DNA of 63,529 nucleotides, filler included, from Salisapilia sapeloensis CBS 127946 (GCA_023334545.1; 8 parts of 8 records of this genome joined end to end with filler, not necessarily neighbours in it); one strand, 5' to 3'; positions 12,928 to 24,901 are shown, counted from the whole stretch's first letter. Translations and numbers: made by a program. The notes: generated from the sequence alone by a model not told the origin.

Positions 12928-13027
12928 NNNNNNNNNNNNNNNNNNNNNNNNNNNNNNNNNNNNNNNNNNNNTTAATTAATTAANNNNNNNNNNNNNNNNN
13001 NNNNNNNNNNNNNNNNNNNNNNNNNNN
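12928..13027. other. Artificial contig spacer (N + TTAATTAATTAA + N, 100 nt)
   Basis: The 12-mer carries stops in all six frames, is embedded in Ns, and recurs identically 7 times. Confidence 0.99.
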
Positions 13028-13168
13028 CTCTGCCCCGGAGCCGAAGAAGTAGAGATCGCAACTCGATAGAGCGATATCATTTGCTTTGCATAGCTCACTT
13101 TCGAAAGACCAGTAACAAATAATGCAATCGGATAAATCCGGCTTGATCATGTTAATTTACTTTTTTGG
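13028..13168 (+). repeat. Left arm of a perfect 141-bp inverted repeat at the termini of contig 13028-15603
   Basis: Exact reverse complement of 15463-15603. Confidence 0.95.
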
Positions 13169-13499
13169 ATTGGTTAAAGTTATGTTGATGGGCTGATTTC
13201 GACACATAGCGAGGCGCAGGTTTACGACGGAAGGCGGCACACTTTTAGGTTTATTGGTATACCTCTATAGATATGCTGTTAGCGAAAAAACCTTTGGAAG
13301 GCAATCCCGTATTTGTAGTGAGAGCGATAGAGGTTTAAACGGGTTTAAATGGAGACGACTGACAAATTTGTAGTTTGCACTTGTAGACGAGAGTTGGGGT
13401 ATATATCATGATCATGATGTGATCTTTCTAGGTTACCATGTTACCGTAATCGTCCGAGTCCACCAAAGTTGCCAATATGGTCGATGTCGTGATACTCAA

Positions 13500-13930
13500 C
13501 TGTTACTAGGGTTTCTCCGTGTCCTTGACTACCGAAACTACTCTTTAAATGTGATCTAGAGCTTCGACAATACTATCAGGTGCAATCCATATACCCTCCT
13601 TGAAAGACAGATTGCACTCGTTTTTCTTGTAAGGAATATCTGAAAACAATATTGTAGTCAGAAGATAGGGACGAAGACTTTGAGTAGCTGCTATGATGCT
13701 ACAAGCAAGCTTAAAAGAAGAAGCGGGAGAATAGTGCGGCATTTGTACTTAGTTCGGATGGTAGAGCCTTCTGGGATACGCTAATGACCGGAAATCTGCA
13801 TTTCTATAGCATCTAAACTAAATCAAAAAGAGTTGGAATCAAACACAAATATATTGGTGAAGGACATGGAGTTTAAGGCAGTTATGAACTGTCAATTGCA
13901 GGGTCTCATATGCTGACAAGTCCATCGCTT
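13500..13930 (+). mobile_element. Possible highly decayed Ty1/copia RNase H remnant
   Basis: Scattered motif echoes appear at roughly copia spacing: RVLR, SQK..LSSC, DRKSA, IKHKYI, MLTSP. They are interrupted by stops and frameshifts, so the evidence is weak. Confidence 0.3.
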
Positions 13931-15462
13931 TAGCAATTGTCATAGAGCGATATTTTGGATATTTGCAGCATAAACATAACGGCCAGGTTTTAAGTTGAAG
14001 GCAGAAGAGCAAACCGCTGTGGCAAACAAATGCAATTTTATATACAGACGACTGTTTAATAGGATTTCGACACGTTGATTAATCAAAGACGCAAACTTGA
14101 CATGCAATCAAGTTGTGGTGCTAGAATTGCCAACTCTAGTGACTTAGTACTTTTCCTTACAACAGGAAAATCAGCCCCATTTAACTGCCAAGATGAGTAG
14201 TCTGTTCAACCTCGCGAAACTCGTCAATCCTGGCCCTAGTATTGATCTTGATCTCGCGTAGATTATAATGTCTCCCTCCAGTCTTATGTTTCGGATATCG
14301 TCCTGCCATTTTGGCCACGGAAGTATGTGTGATGCTAATGAGCATTCACATCAGAGGATATGTGTCCCAACGCAAAAACAGGAGGATCGATGATGACGTT
14401 GCTTGTAGTGAACTTCGCATCCCAGAGAGTGGAGAGTGAAGTTATAAAAATATATCCACTTTTCTTAGATTTATGATCGTCAATGGAAAGTTGGACGTAT
14501 GAAGATATCATACTGGCTATCAGTGGTAACTGCTTGCGTCAAATATCATAGTGCTTTCAAAGCAGGGCAGAAAGATCTCGAGCCTGTGCTAAGGCGGTTG
14601 CCTTAGAGTGCAACCTACATCAGATTAATTATTGCCTGTAATGATGCATATTGCGCCTATTAAGATCCTGGATATTAGTGGCCTCTGCTTAGTATCAAGT
14701 AATACACAACCCCATTTACACAAATTTTCTTCTACTTCTTTTCTTCGAGTGTGCGATGAAGATAATAAGTGTCAAATTGTTCTTGAGGTCAAACAATGAA
14801 GCGACGTGTCACACCTCTAGATGCACGGGGTGGGTCAAATGGTCTTATTTGTCGTGTGAATACCATTGCTTAGCATTCCGAAAACTTATACTAAACTTGA
14901 AAGATTGAAAATCATATCGTACCACAAATTGATCCATGGTATCTTTACTTCCGTTGTCTTAGTGTGTGCAATTCCAAGTAGAACAACAAGACCGACTCTT
15001 ACCATGACTAGATCACGAGAGTGCTCGACGAAAAGTTGTTTTTGAAGTTCAACGATAACATTTCTCAATGTAGGCATTGTATAAATTCAGTGTTTGTGTT
15101 CACATATAAGTTTGATGATGAAGGCATATCATTGCTTTAAGGTGTGTTGGCCTAGAGAGTTCCAAAGTCAAAAACCTTGTCTTATGGGTCTGCGTTTTCA
15201 TCGTTGATCCTTTAGTCCTGCAGTTCTAATATTTTTCTATCTAATGATTCCAGGCACCATCAAGTAGAAGAGGACATGCACTCACTTTCCTGGCTTCATC
15301 GGAATGAAGCACATTTAAATGTAATCGAAATTCAAACGCACCAAGACTATTTCTCACCGCCGCATTGGTGATTCTACACTTTTTGGAAATGCAGTAACTA
15401 TGCAGTCTAACGACGATTGCCTTCGATGACGATCACAAATACATTCGAGTAACCACCAAATC

Positions 15463-15603
15463 CCAAAAAAGTAAATTAACATGATCAAGCCGGATTTATC
15501 CGATTGCATTATTTGTTACTGGTCTTTCGAAAGTGAGCTATGCAAAGCAAATGATATCGCTCTATCGAGTTGCGATCTCTACTTCTTCGGCTCCGGGGCA
15601 GAG
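15463..15603 (-). repeat. Right arm of the 141-bp inverted repeat (contig end)
   Basis: Exact reverse complement of 13028-13168. Confidence 0.95.
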
Positions 15604-15703
15604 NNNNNNNNNNNNNNNNNNNNNNNNNNNNNNNNNNNNNNNNNNNNTTAATTAATTAANNNNNNNNNNNNNNNNNNNNNNNNNNNNNNNNNNNNNNNNN
15701 NNN
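15604..15703. other. Artificial contig spacer
   Basis: N run with TTAATTAATTAA. Confidence 0.99.
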
Positions 15704-16067
15704 CAAAAGCAAAAAGCACAAAACATAAAGCAAAAAGCATAAAGCATAAGCGTAGGAAGAGATGCAATTGTGGGTTTATGTATATAAGAAATGCGAAAAA
15801 AATGAAAACCTACGCCAGTAACCTGCTTTATTTTAATGAAATCGAGTCAGATAATCTATACTCCAGATGGCTTGATGATAGCTACAAGCTGACAGCTAGT
15901 GCTCTCAGCTGCGTTAATATAGCTAGAGAACGATATTCAGCATCATTTTAATCGTCATAGCGTTTTCATTTTTTTCGCATTTCTTATATACATAAACCCA
16001 CAATTGCATCTCTTCCTACGCTTATGCTTTATGCTTTTTGCTTTATGTTTTGTGCTTTTTGCTTTTG
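15704..16067. repeat. Perfect fold-back: 106-bp arms (15704-15809 / 15962-16067) with a 152-bp spacer
   Basis: The arms are exact reverse complements; the left arm is cut by the contig start. Confidence 0.93.
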
Positions 16068-17984
16068 AACCTTCCTGCATCGCCACTCCCAAGTATTTGT
16101 ACATCTGCGCCTCTATGCTTTTGTCCTTGCAAACTTACGTCCTTTCATGCTTCCATACTTCCACGTCTTCACGCATCCACACTTCATACCTTCATGCTTC
16201 TTTTATACAAATCGGTATGTCATGCTGTCTATCAAAAGCGTATACATTACTCTTACCTTTCTGTCCTTTCGTCATTCCGACATTCCATGCCCCGACTCTT
16301 CCGTAGATCCAGACCCGATATCATATGCCAGTATGAAGTCAAAATATATTCATACACATATCTTTGGCTCCGTGGATAGGTTTAGAAATAGATTTGCTCA
16401 CGAACGCGAGCTTTTGATGCCAAAATGCAAACCAAGATAGAAAGCGAAGTATGGAAGGAGAGCACAACAGTCAGGTCACGAGCGTCAGTCCTGGAATGTG
16501 GAAACCCGGCGCCCGACAGCTTTTGTCAGATCGGTAGGCCGCTGATAGGTAGGATACATACGTATCAAATGGCTGGATACATGTATCCATGTATCCATGG
16601 ATATACGGATACTTAGATACTTAGATACTTGGATACATAGGTGCTTGGATATCTAGATACTCTGTACAGTCAATTGACGATCTTTTTTCCCGCGAAACAA
16701 GACGGAGGTAGAGATGGCGAGCTATCGCAGCCTTTCCCGGTGCTGGCTTCGCTTAAAATCGAGCGCGGTGATTGGATTCGGACTCGCATCGTCGCTTCCA
16801 TTGGCCGGATCTCCTCCGTCTACCTCATCACCACACACCTATCGACGGGAAAGTTCAGAAAAACAAGATGCACGGCCCAGTGCCACTTGCGATTGGCCAT
16901 AAGGAGGTTAGTCGAGAGACGCCGGAGAAGGAGGAGGGAGAAAGCTCAGTCCGGAATTTGCGCGCAACTACGAACACAGCGCCACCGAGGGCGGGAGAAA
17001 GCTACTGCAACGCCGAGCGAAGGCTTTGCAACAGTGGACAAGGCGCACCACAGTTCTCCCGCCTCTCTTCCCGGACTCCACCCCATCCGATGCAACCAAC
17101 GGCAAAAGCTACGCCTTGACTTGCTCCAACTCCATCCCCAAAGACGACTCCAACTTCGGCTCAAACACGAATATGAGCGCGCCAAAACCAGTAAGCTGTG
17201 AACTCATCGGAAAGTCGCCAGCGAAACTAGCCCATCAACCGAAAAACGGACAACGACGGCGCATGATCAAGAGCGGAGAGCGGAGAGCGGAAAATACTGG
17301 AGAGTTGTCGAGCAGCAATTCAGTCAACATCAAGACCTGAAGACACGGAGTTCAAAAGCATTCATCGGAAAATGTACGACTGAGAGATCGCGTCGCTCCA
17401 GCACGCCGAGCGTCCAAGCCTGTATAAACGCCACTCAAGTCAAGCGACTTCATCATGCATCATTGGCGACATCCGCTGAGCGCGACGACAACGCCGAAAA
17501 CTCGCCTCGTATCGCCAAAAGTTCAACTCGTTTCTCAACATTCCTTCAAGTCCCTCTTTTTGATCTGACGAATCTCGAGCCCGAGACGTGCTGTTGTGTA
17601 TAGGAGAGTGCCGCGTGCCATGCTGACGTCGAGCCTTCGCGAAGACCACCTTCCCTATTCGACTCGTGATAAGCAAAGCGCGTCGCAAACGGATGACACG
17701 GGTAAGATGGGCGGAGTAATCTGGACCTTGGGTCCTTGCTGCTCAAGACGACCGATGCCATGTCCCCACCGGCCGATGTAGCAAACCTCCATGCACTGTA
17801 TGTTGTATACTTCATGTTTGCACGTTGAAAAGAGCGCTTGCGCCACGTGTGATCGCTGAAAAGAGCCACGGGCCATGTATGGATGTGGGGATGCGCCGTC
17901 GAGCCACGTACGATTATTGCATGTTGCCATCGAAGGCAGTAGCTGTAGCGACGAGATGATAGCGAGAAGAGCCTGGAGCCACTC

Positions 17985-18018
17985 GAGTAGTGAGTAGTGA
18001 GTAGTGAGTAGTGAGTAG
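17985..18018 (+). repeat. Heptamer tandem repeat (GAGTAGT) x about 5
   Basis: Read directly from the sequence. Confidence 0.9.
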
Positions 18019-19373
18019 GAGAAGAGGCCTCGAGCCCACGTACGCCCCAGCAAGATGGCATCGAAGCCCACATACAAGAAGAAGAGGTTCCAAACCCACA
18101 CACGAATTCCATCGCTGTCCGCCGCTGCCCGCCGATATGCAAGGTACGTATCTGTATATGTCTATATGCATCTGTAGGCAAGTAGGTGTGGCTGGCGAGC
18201 TTGCGGCGATATCGGGGATGGCGGGGTGTTCGTCCAGCGGCAAGTGAAGATCTGGGGGAAGGACCTCTCATCTCCGTGGACGTCCGTCGGTGCGTACAAG
18301 GGGGAAGATGTCAACTTCTGTGAAAGTGAGACAGCATGGCATGTATCGGCTACACTCTCCATGCATACGCGACACACGCAGAGTACAAGCGCCGAGAATT
18401 GACCGTCCAACCAAGGAGCTGCCGGACGAAATGACAGAGTTCGTGAGCGGATTGAAGGCACGCAGTAGAACGAAGACTGGCGGCCGAACTTTTATCCAGG
18501 CGACTAGAGTTTGTAAATACATAATAGATATGCACACTTGAATACCTGTATTTTGAGCCTTGAATCTTGCAACTTGTTTGTCTGTACGCGTACATCTCTC
18601 TCCGCCATGCATCGAAATGGGAAGATGTATATGTATGCATTGCATTGAACTATGTCTGCTTGTTTGCGGTCACTTTTGGCGCTTCTCCGTCGTTTCAGCG
18701 TTTTCCAACAATGCTCTTATCGACGAGCGATGTCGAGGGCTAGACTCTATTACCACACGCGCCGTATAAAGCATGATACGATCGACACTAAAATATGTGC
18801 ATACCTTATCTGCTGGTCGCACGTGCGTTCGCTTCTTTCATTTCCGGCTTGTCGACCTTCAACTGCTGCTCACGAGATGCTTTCGTATGCTGGAAGCCAT
18901 CGGTGTCTGGGAAGCTAGCGGACGGAGCAATTGGGCGACTTATGTTGGCGTCGAACGGCGTACAGGCAGCTTACGGAATGCTCTGCCAGTCCTTTCCTAT
19001 TATCGACAGCCAAATGCAAAGTCAAGGTGGACGTCTCGCAGCACTACGTAGCAGCACTTCCGCTCGAACGCTCGGCTCCTCGTTCTCCAGACGCCATTAT
19101 CTGCGAATTTATATGCTCATTACGTCTCTATTGTGGCTTTAACTACGAAGCTACTTGGAAACCATCCGCGACTTGATGGAAGGCGGTGCTTACGCTGTCT
19201 CATAACACGTCTCGCTTTGTACCGCTGCTCCACAAGATACTAGTTACTGGTAACCTCGGGGTGACAAGATAATCACCGATCGATACGAGCTCAAGAAAGT
19301 GGAACAAAGCGATATCTGCAATAGGCAAGGAAAATTTGCGACAATTAAAATGGAATTGGATAGCATCCTCGAT

Positions 19374-20913
19374 CTAGACCGACGCAGCTTGAAGGTACGT
19401 GACGATCTCGGCCGCAGACGGTCGTTGCATCGGCTCCGTCGAGACGCACTTGTCAATCGCCACCCGGACGTCATTGGGCATGTGCACATTCACATCGTAC
19501 ACTCCCGTGACCTTTCCTTGTTTAATCCGATTGGCAATCTCCAAGTCCGCCAACGTCCTTCCCTTCTCCGCGACCAACGGTGCAAACGGCTGCTGCTTCG
19601 TCCACACTTCCACGAGGATCATGCCCAAGGCATACACGTTCGCTCGAGTCGGATCCGCTTGCTCACCTCGCACAAGTTCCGGCGCCGTCCACGGTAGTTT
19701 ACCCGTACCATACTTGGCCTTCTCTGGCTTCGCCTGGTGCGTCAGGACACACTCGAAGACGTTCAACTTGCACGTCAGCATGTCATCCACCAAGACCTTT
19801 CGACTCGTGAGCTCTTGCATGCACATGCCTCGAGCCGAGTCATGCAAGTACGCTAGTCCTTGCGCCACGTCGAGACTCATTTTCTTCTGGAGCGTCCCAT
19901 CCAGCTCTTGCTTGTCAATGTACGACAGCAAGCTGCCTTTCGTCATGAACTGCGCGACGACGACGTAGTCAGCGTCCACGACCCACGTGACTCCGAGGAC
20001 CTGGACGACGTTCGGGTGTGATAGTTTTGTCAGGACTTTGGATTGCTCCATGAAGGTCTGTTGCGCTTCCTTCGATGACATCTCGGTCTCGAGACGCTTC
20101 ACGGCGACGCGCTCGCCACGGTACTGTCCGCTCCAGACGCTGCTGTTGCCCATGTTCTTCGTGAGCGTCAGTTCGGATGGGGCGATGCGCATGGCGGAGA
20201 GACCTTCGTCGGTCGAGATGAAGGACGGCTTCTGGGGTGGAGCTTCTTCCTTTGCCATCAAATGCGTCGCTCGGTCGTTTTCGGGAGATGACCGGACGGG
20301 GCTTCGAGCGTTGCGTTTCCGAACGAGGATGTATGCCACGGTGCTGAGGATGAGTACGACGACGACGACGACGATGACGATGACGATCTTCGTTGTTGAC
20401 ATTTCTCCACGCTCCTCCGAAGCGGCATTATCGGCGCCAGACGCGGAGGAAGAGCTCGACGAGTGACTACGTGAGTCCGAGGGAACATTACTACCACCCA
20501 CATCTGCCGAATTGCCCAAACTGGACGACACACTATCATTGCTGCTTCCAGCTTCTTCAGCTTTTTCGCATTTAAAAGTGATCCCGTTGAAAGTTTTCGA
20601 GTCCTGAGTGCACTCCAGAGTAGAGGTGTTCGGATTGTCATCAGAAGTTTTTCTGTTAAAATAGGTCAGAGAGGATGAGCTTCGTGCATGATACAAATAA
20701 TATGAAGAGCATACATATTCAACGACTCATGGGTCACATTGTTCAGATCCGCATTAATCACATTAGTTTGTATCAACTGACTGTAGAAGGTCAAATGAAA
20801 GGTTAGCAAAGTGCTCAACAGAATTATAGATAGTATTGTGCACTCCGATAATTTTTGTACATGTGGATACTAACAATCAAAGCGATTGTGCTAGTAAGAG
20901 CCTTTTCGAGCAT
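19374..20913 (-). CDS. Receptor-like TKL pseudokinase (signal peptide, short 2-Cys ectodomain, Ser-rich stalk, TM, catalytically dead kinase fold); 3 exons (20913-20861, 20780-20715, 20652-19374)
   Basis: VAVK, HPNVVQVLGVTW, WTAPE and VYALGMILVE are present, but HRD is replaced by QEL, DFG by NVF, and the G-loop is degenerate. The TM helix is IVIVIVVVVVVLILSTVAYILV. The 5' exons are inferred from frame-consistent GT-AG introns. Confidence 0.8.
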
Positions 20914-20954
20914 TAAAAAGTCTAGGTCTCTGTGTGAATTAAAAGTCTATGTCT

Positions 20955-21530
20955 AAGGCCGTATTCTTTAAGCAGATAATCGGATATCATGCAAGGCAAT
21001 CAAGGGATTGTGAACAAGCACGCAAACACTGTAATTCGAACCACTGTCCAAGTCTGTGGCGGTTCTTCCGAGTCTTACGTTGCTATGAGCCTCTCTATTC
21101 CAATCCACATGTACTGCACGCTACTCTGTCATGTCTTGGCGGGGAATCGCGTCGAGCGTATCCTCAGAAGCCTTTCAGGTTGAAGTTGCTTTCGCTTTAT
21201 TTGCAACACTGAGCTCTTCGCCATTTCAGTGGGACGATGTACAGTGTGGATCGCAAATATCGCTTAATTATTTCGCCCACCAATGTACTATGCCTGTTCC
21301 GAAATAATAGCGAAGAGCTCACTAAGCCTTTCGCGCGCTTTTTCAAATGTGCACATATCGAGCACTAGGCGTGACTTGAAGTCTTCTCGAAGATCGCTCC
21401 CCTATGCTATCATCAGAGACGAACGATCACTTGCTGTTGTACTAGTTGGCGGGAAAGTTGTATTAAAGTGTTACTTTAGGTTTCCAGTGCCAAGAGGCAA
21501 AGCAAAATCGGCTATTCCCAGCGAAGGCGG
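20955..21530 (-). mobile_element. Copy 1 of a dispersed, decayed repeat family (unidentified)
   Basis: Aligns by eye with 33427-33726, 56859-57390 and about 63290-63529 (for example GAAGATCGCTCCCCTATG, ACTGAGCTCTTCGCCA, AAGGCAATCAAGGGATTGT). Confidence 0.75.
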
Positions 21531-22252
21531 AGTTTACCGAGTAGATTATCATGAGCAGAGTTACAATATGTATATCCCTAATCATGCCGAGTTGGCATGC
21601 AGCGCGTATATGTCCTATAAGTCTGTAAAGTATAAATATGCTGAAGAGGGAAGCACACAAATATACAGCTATGTGTATCGTTTTATTTGCACTGCGTACA
21701 ATATCCACGAGAGCCATCGTGTGCGCCCATTGCTCTCTAGAATACGCTCTCTTGCTGTCAAAGCTTTCTCTAGAATCACCGAAGTTGAAGGTGAAAACCT
21801 TTGCATCCTTACATATTCATTAATTTATGGCTGTAAGGCCGATCCGGCAGATCGATTGAAGCAGTCGGCTTTGGACAAATAAAGTACAGCGCACAGTACT
21901 TTGTTGTATGTTTCTTTCGAAATCTTGTCATCTCATATATTTCTGTAGATCTCTAGTTGTAGAGGTTAAAAAAGTACTTCACAAACTTTCGTAGCTCCAT
22001 TACATCGATAAAGCTTTACTACAAGCGCCTTCCAGACAACGGTCATTTAGTTTAAAAATCCTCTTGAGCTCTAGAGCTCGTGAGTTCATTCGCTACGCTT
22101 ACTGCTGACCAAATGCATTTCGGGATCTAGCACTGTTCGTGAATGCATACATGAACAAATTACTAAAGCCAATGAAGCAGCAAACTCGTTGTTGCATCCA
22201 TGCGTCAATCCAAATATCATTTCAATTAAAGGAGTACAAATCATTATCTTGA

Positions 22253-23590
22253 CTAAGGGCAGCTCGTGGTACTGGCCGATCCGGTGGGTGTATTCGGACG
22301 GTATCTCAGCGTCACCTCCTCTTCCTTTCCTGGGTCCACATGTAGCTTTCCTGCACTCGCTAAACTCAACAACGTCGCCGTATCCACTTCACTGTCCTGT
22401 CGGAACCCTGGACTACTCTTCCTCTCTACATGCACCGGCGCAATGCCACCACTACAGTGCGTATCTAGTTCATCCAGTAGATCCTCCTTGATCTCGGACT
22501 TGAAGAACGCACTGTCACTCGGCGTAGATCGAAAGTCACGAATAGGAGCGCTTCTGCTCTTGTCCAGGTGCGTCATCTTGTCCTGCGTTGGGGCACTGGA
22601 GGCAACCGTGGAGTTACCATTAAGATGATAAGCCAACGTCGTACCGATTGTGTCTTCTGGATCAGGCGCAGGCATGTTATAGAAGGCATAGAGGATAACG
22701 AGACCCAAAGCTTGGAGAAACACGAGATTGACAATCACGAGAGCTGCTGTCGGGACAGACCAGTGGTACATGAGGTAGCGAACACCAGTGAGCTGTGCCA
22801 AGATCGTAAGCTTCATGCTGTACACCTGCACGTCCGGATGGTTCAGCTCGATATGCACAAACCGCAGTCGATGTTCTTTGCCTTCCTTGTACCCGTTAAA
22901 CACTCTGGTACGAATTGTTTGAGTAGGTTCCATGAGCCCTAGCACCTGCGGGATCAGCCATAGACCCGTTCGGACCCATCGAACAAGTACTTGTGCGTCG
23001 CGCACGAGTGCCGGACGAGCACTCCAGGCTAAATCCTTTCCTCCTTTACTCTGCAGACCTGTATTCACCATAAACGTCCCGATCTTTCGATTTACATCTG
23101 ACTCTGGAAGCACTAGCTCGAGGTAAATGTCATAGGACATGCCAGGCTCGAGCATCATTTCGTAGTTTTCCAGCTCTTCGTCCATGATATCAGGGATAAT
23201 ATCTTTCGGAGACGAGTCATATAAGCCCCACTGCTGCTCTGGGTGGTGTAGACTCAAGTTGGCGGACGGTAGGGAGATCGGTCGCCATCCTTTTGAAGCT
23301 ACTTGGGAATGGTGACCGTAGTTGAGAATCAAATCGTGTTCATGCAGTCGAGATGGGATCATGATATGGTACACAATCGCATACACGACTGTGGCAACTG
23401 TCACGAGTGCAGCTAAGACTGCACCGACTTGAGATAGCCGCAATAGCCATTGGAAAGCATACTTGGAGTGCGTGTCCAACGTTTGCTTCCATTCCTCAGT
23501 ACGTCTCCGCCGCTCATCTTCATTCGTGGCAAACTCTGCGATTGCAGCAGGTAGCAAGCCACTTAGAAAGGCAAGAGGTAGACCAAGCAT
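22253..23590 (-). CDS. BSCL2: Seipin (BSCL2/Sei1 family, lipid-droplet biogenesis)
   Basis: Two TM segments flank a lumenal domain with YDIYLELVLPESDVNRKIGTFMV and AQLTGVRYLMYHW motifs. Confidence 0.9.
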   Translation of the reverse strand: MLGLPLAFLSGLLPAAIAEFATNEDERRRRTEEWKQTLDTHSKYAFQWLLRLSQVGAVLAALVTVATVVYAIVYHIMIPSRLHEHDLILNYGHHSQVASKGWRPISLPSANLSLHHPEQQWGLYDSSPKDIIPDIMDEELENYEMMLEPGMSYDIYLELVLPESDVNRKIGTFMVNTGLQSKGGKDLAWSARPALVRDAQVLVRWVRTGLWLIPQVLGLMEPTQTIRTRVFNGYKEGKEHRLRFVHIELNHPDVQVYSMKLTILAQLTGVRYLMYHWSVPTAALVIVNLVFLQALGLVILYAFYNMPAPDPEDTIGTTLAYHLNGNSTVASSAPTQDKMTHLDKSRSAPIRDFRSTPSDSAFFKSEIKEDLLDELDTHCSGGIAPVHVERKSSPGFRQDSEVDTATLLSLASAGKLHVDPGKEEEVTLRYRPNTPTGSASTTSCP

Positions 23591-23755
23591 GACGTGAGCA
23601 CTGATCGAGAGATAGATAAATGATCCAGTACGTGGTGCCCTCGTTCTTTAGGACCTAAATGTCCGTGTCATATTAGAATGGATAGTTTACTATTTTAGTA
23701 TGTAGAAAGTGTCCTGTCCGTTTTCCTTCTGGCGAAAGAAAATAAATTTGATTTC

Positions 23756-24901
23756 ATGACAGGATGGACGAAATGGAGTCGACTTATGCGGTGGAAGAAG
23801 CCTGTGTGTAAGATTTGTTTAGAAGAGATGCCGCACATAGCATGGGCAACAACTTCAGACACGACCTTGTGCTTCCAACGATGCAGCCATTCCTTCTGTC
23901 GTGGTACGGCATGTACCTAGGACGAATGAAATATTTAGACTAATTTTCCACTAGTATGTCTGCAGCAGTATCTCAAGAACAAAGTCCAAGCACATGACGT
24001 TGAGCCTGGTAGCATGTCTCAAGATAGACATCTTCATTCTACGTGCTTACAAGTAGTTTAGAGAAATTAATTTGTCCGAATCTCGACTGTGGACAGCATA
24101 TCGATAGTTCTGACATCTACCTCCTCCTCGGTCATGACGCTTTCACCCATCTTCTTCAACTCCGTTCACGTAAACAGGTACCACCTCCAAGTCCATTATG
24201 CCAAATATCTACTTATACGTATCTAGTTGGAGAAGAATCCACGCGCGAGATGGTGTCCACGACCTGGCTGTGAGGAATTGATCCTCTGTGACCCGTCGAC
24301 GCCAACATTTGTCTGTCCCAAGTGCAGTACGAAAGGATGTTACCATTGTCGAGCGATTGCCCATCGCTTTTGGTTCTGTCCGAAACGATGGCAAGCGAAT
24401 CTGTCAGAAACGATGGCAGATGCGTCTTACGTGCAATGGGAAAAGTCTGTCGGGCAATGGAACAGTGTTCGTAGCTGCCCGACTTGTCACATGCGTATCT
24501 GGAAAGCAGAAGGGTATGCACACGCAGCATCCTTATGTCTCGATTCTATATTAAATGCAAGATAGATGCAACCACATGACGTGTGGCAAGTGCTCATTTG
24601 AATTCTGCTGGGCGTGTGGAGCACCATGGGAAAACAGGTACGACCTGTATAAATTTCACGTGCTCTCCTGAACTTATATCTTCATAGACATTATCGCTGT
24701 CGAGATGCAGCACTAGCAAGACAAAACCAAACGGCACCTCGTTTGATCGACTTTGTTTTTGGGTATGCAGCCATCATCGGTATCGTTGCTAGCATCGTCA
24801 TGCTCGGGACACCGACATTTGTTGCGTGGTTCATCCTTGCCTACCTACTGCTCATGACATCCGGACGACTAGGTCATGCCCATGCACTCGCAGAAACTTA
24901 A
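23756..24901 (+). CDS. RBR (RING1-IBR-RING2) E3 ubiquitin ligase with C-terminal TM anchor, multi-exon
   Basis: CKICLEE..CSHSFC, ICPNLDC, WCPRPGC..CPKCSTKGCYHC, SCPTCHMRIWKAEG|CNHMTCGKCSFEFCWAC. A hydrophobic C-terminus (YAAIIGIVASIVML..WFILAYLLL) resembles RNF144/RNF19-type anchors. Confidence 0.88.

Noticed and set aside
12928-13027. Recurrent TTAATTAATTAA palindrome (7 copies in the window) as a possible biological motif
   Set aside because: It is always centred in a 100-nt N run and is a six-frame-stop linker added when contigs were concatenated.
16575-18018. Short repeats as a CRISPR-like array or telomeric tract
   Set aside because: There is no repeat-spacer periodicity and no TTTAGGG tract; these are simple microsatellite-type repeats in a eukaryote.
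21283-21882. 199-aa plus-strand ORF
   Set aside because: It overlaps the repeat family; homologous frames in other copies contain stops or frameshifts, so it is probably a shadow ORF.
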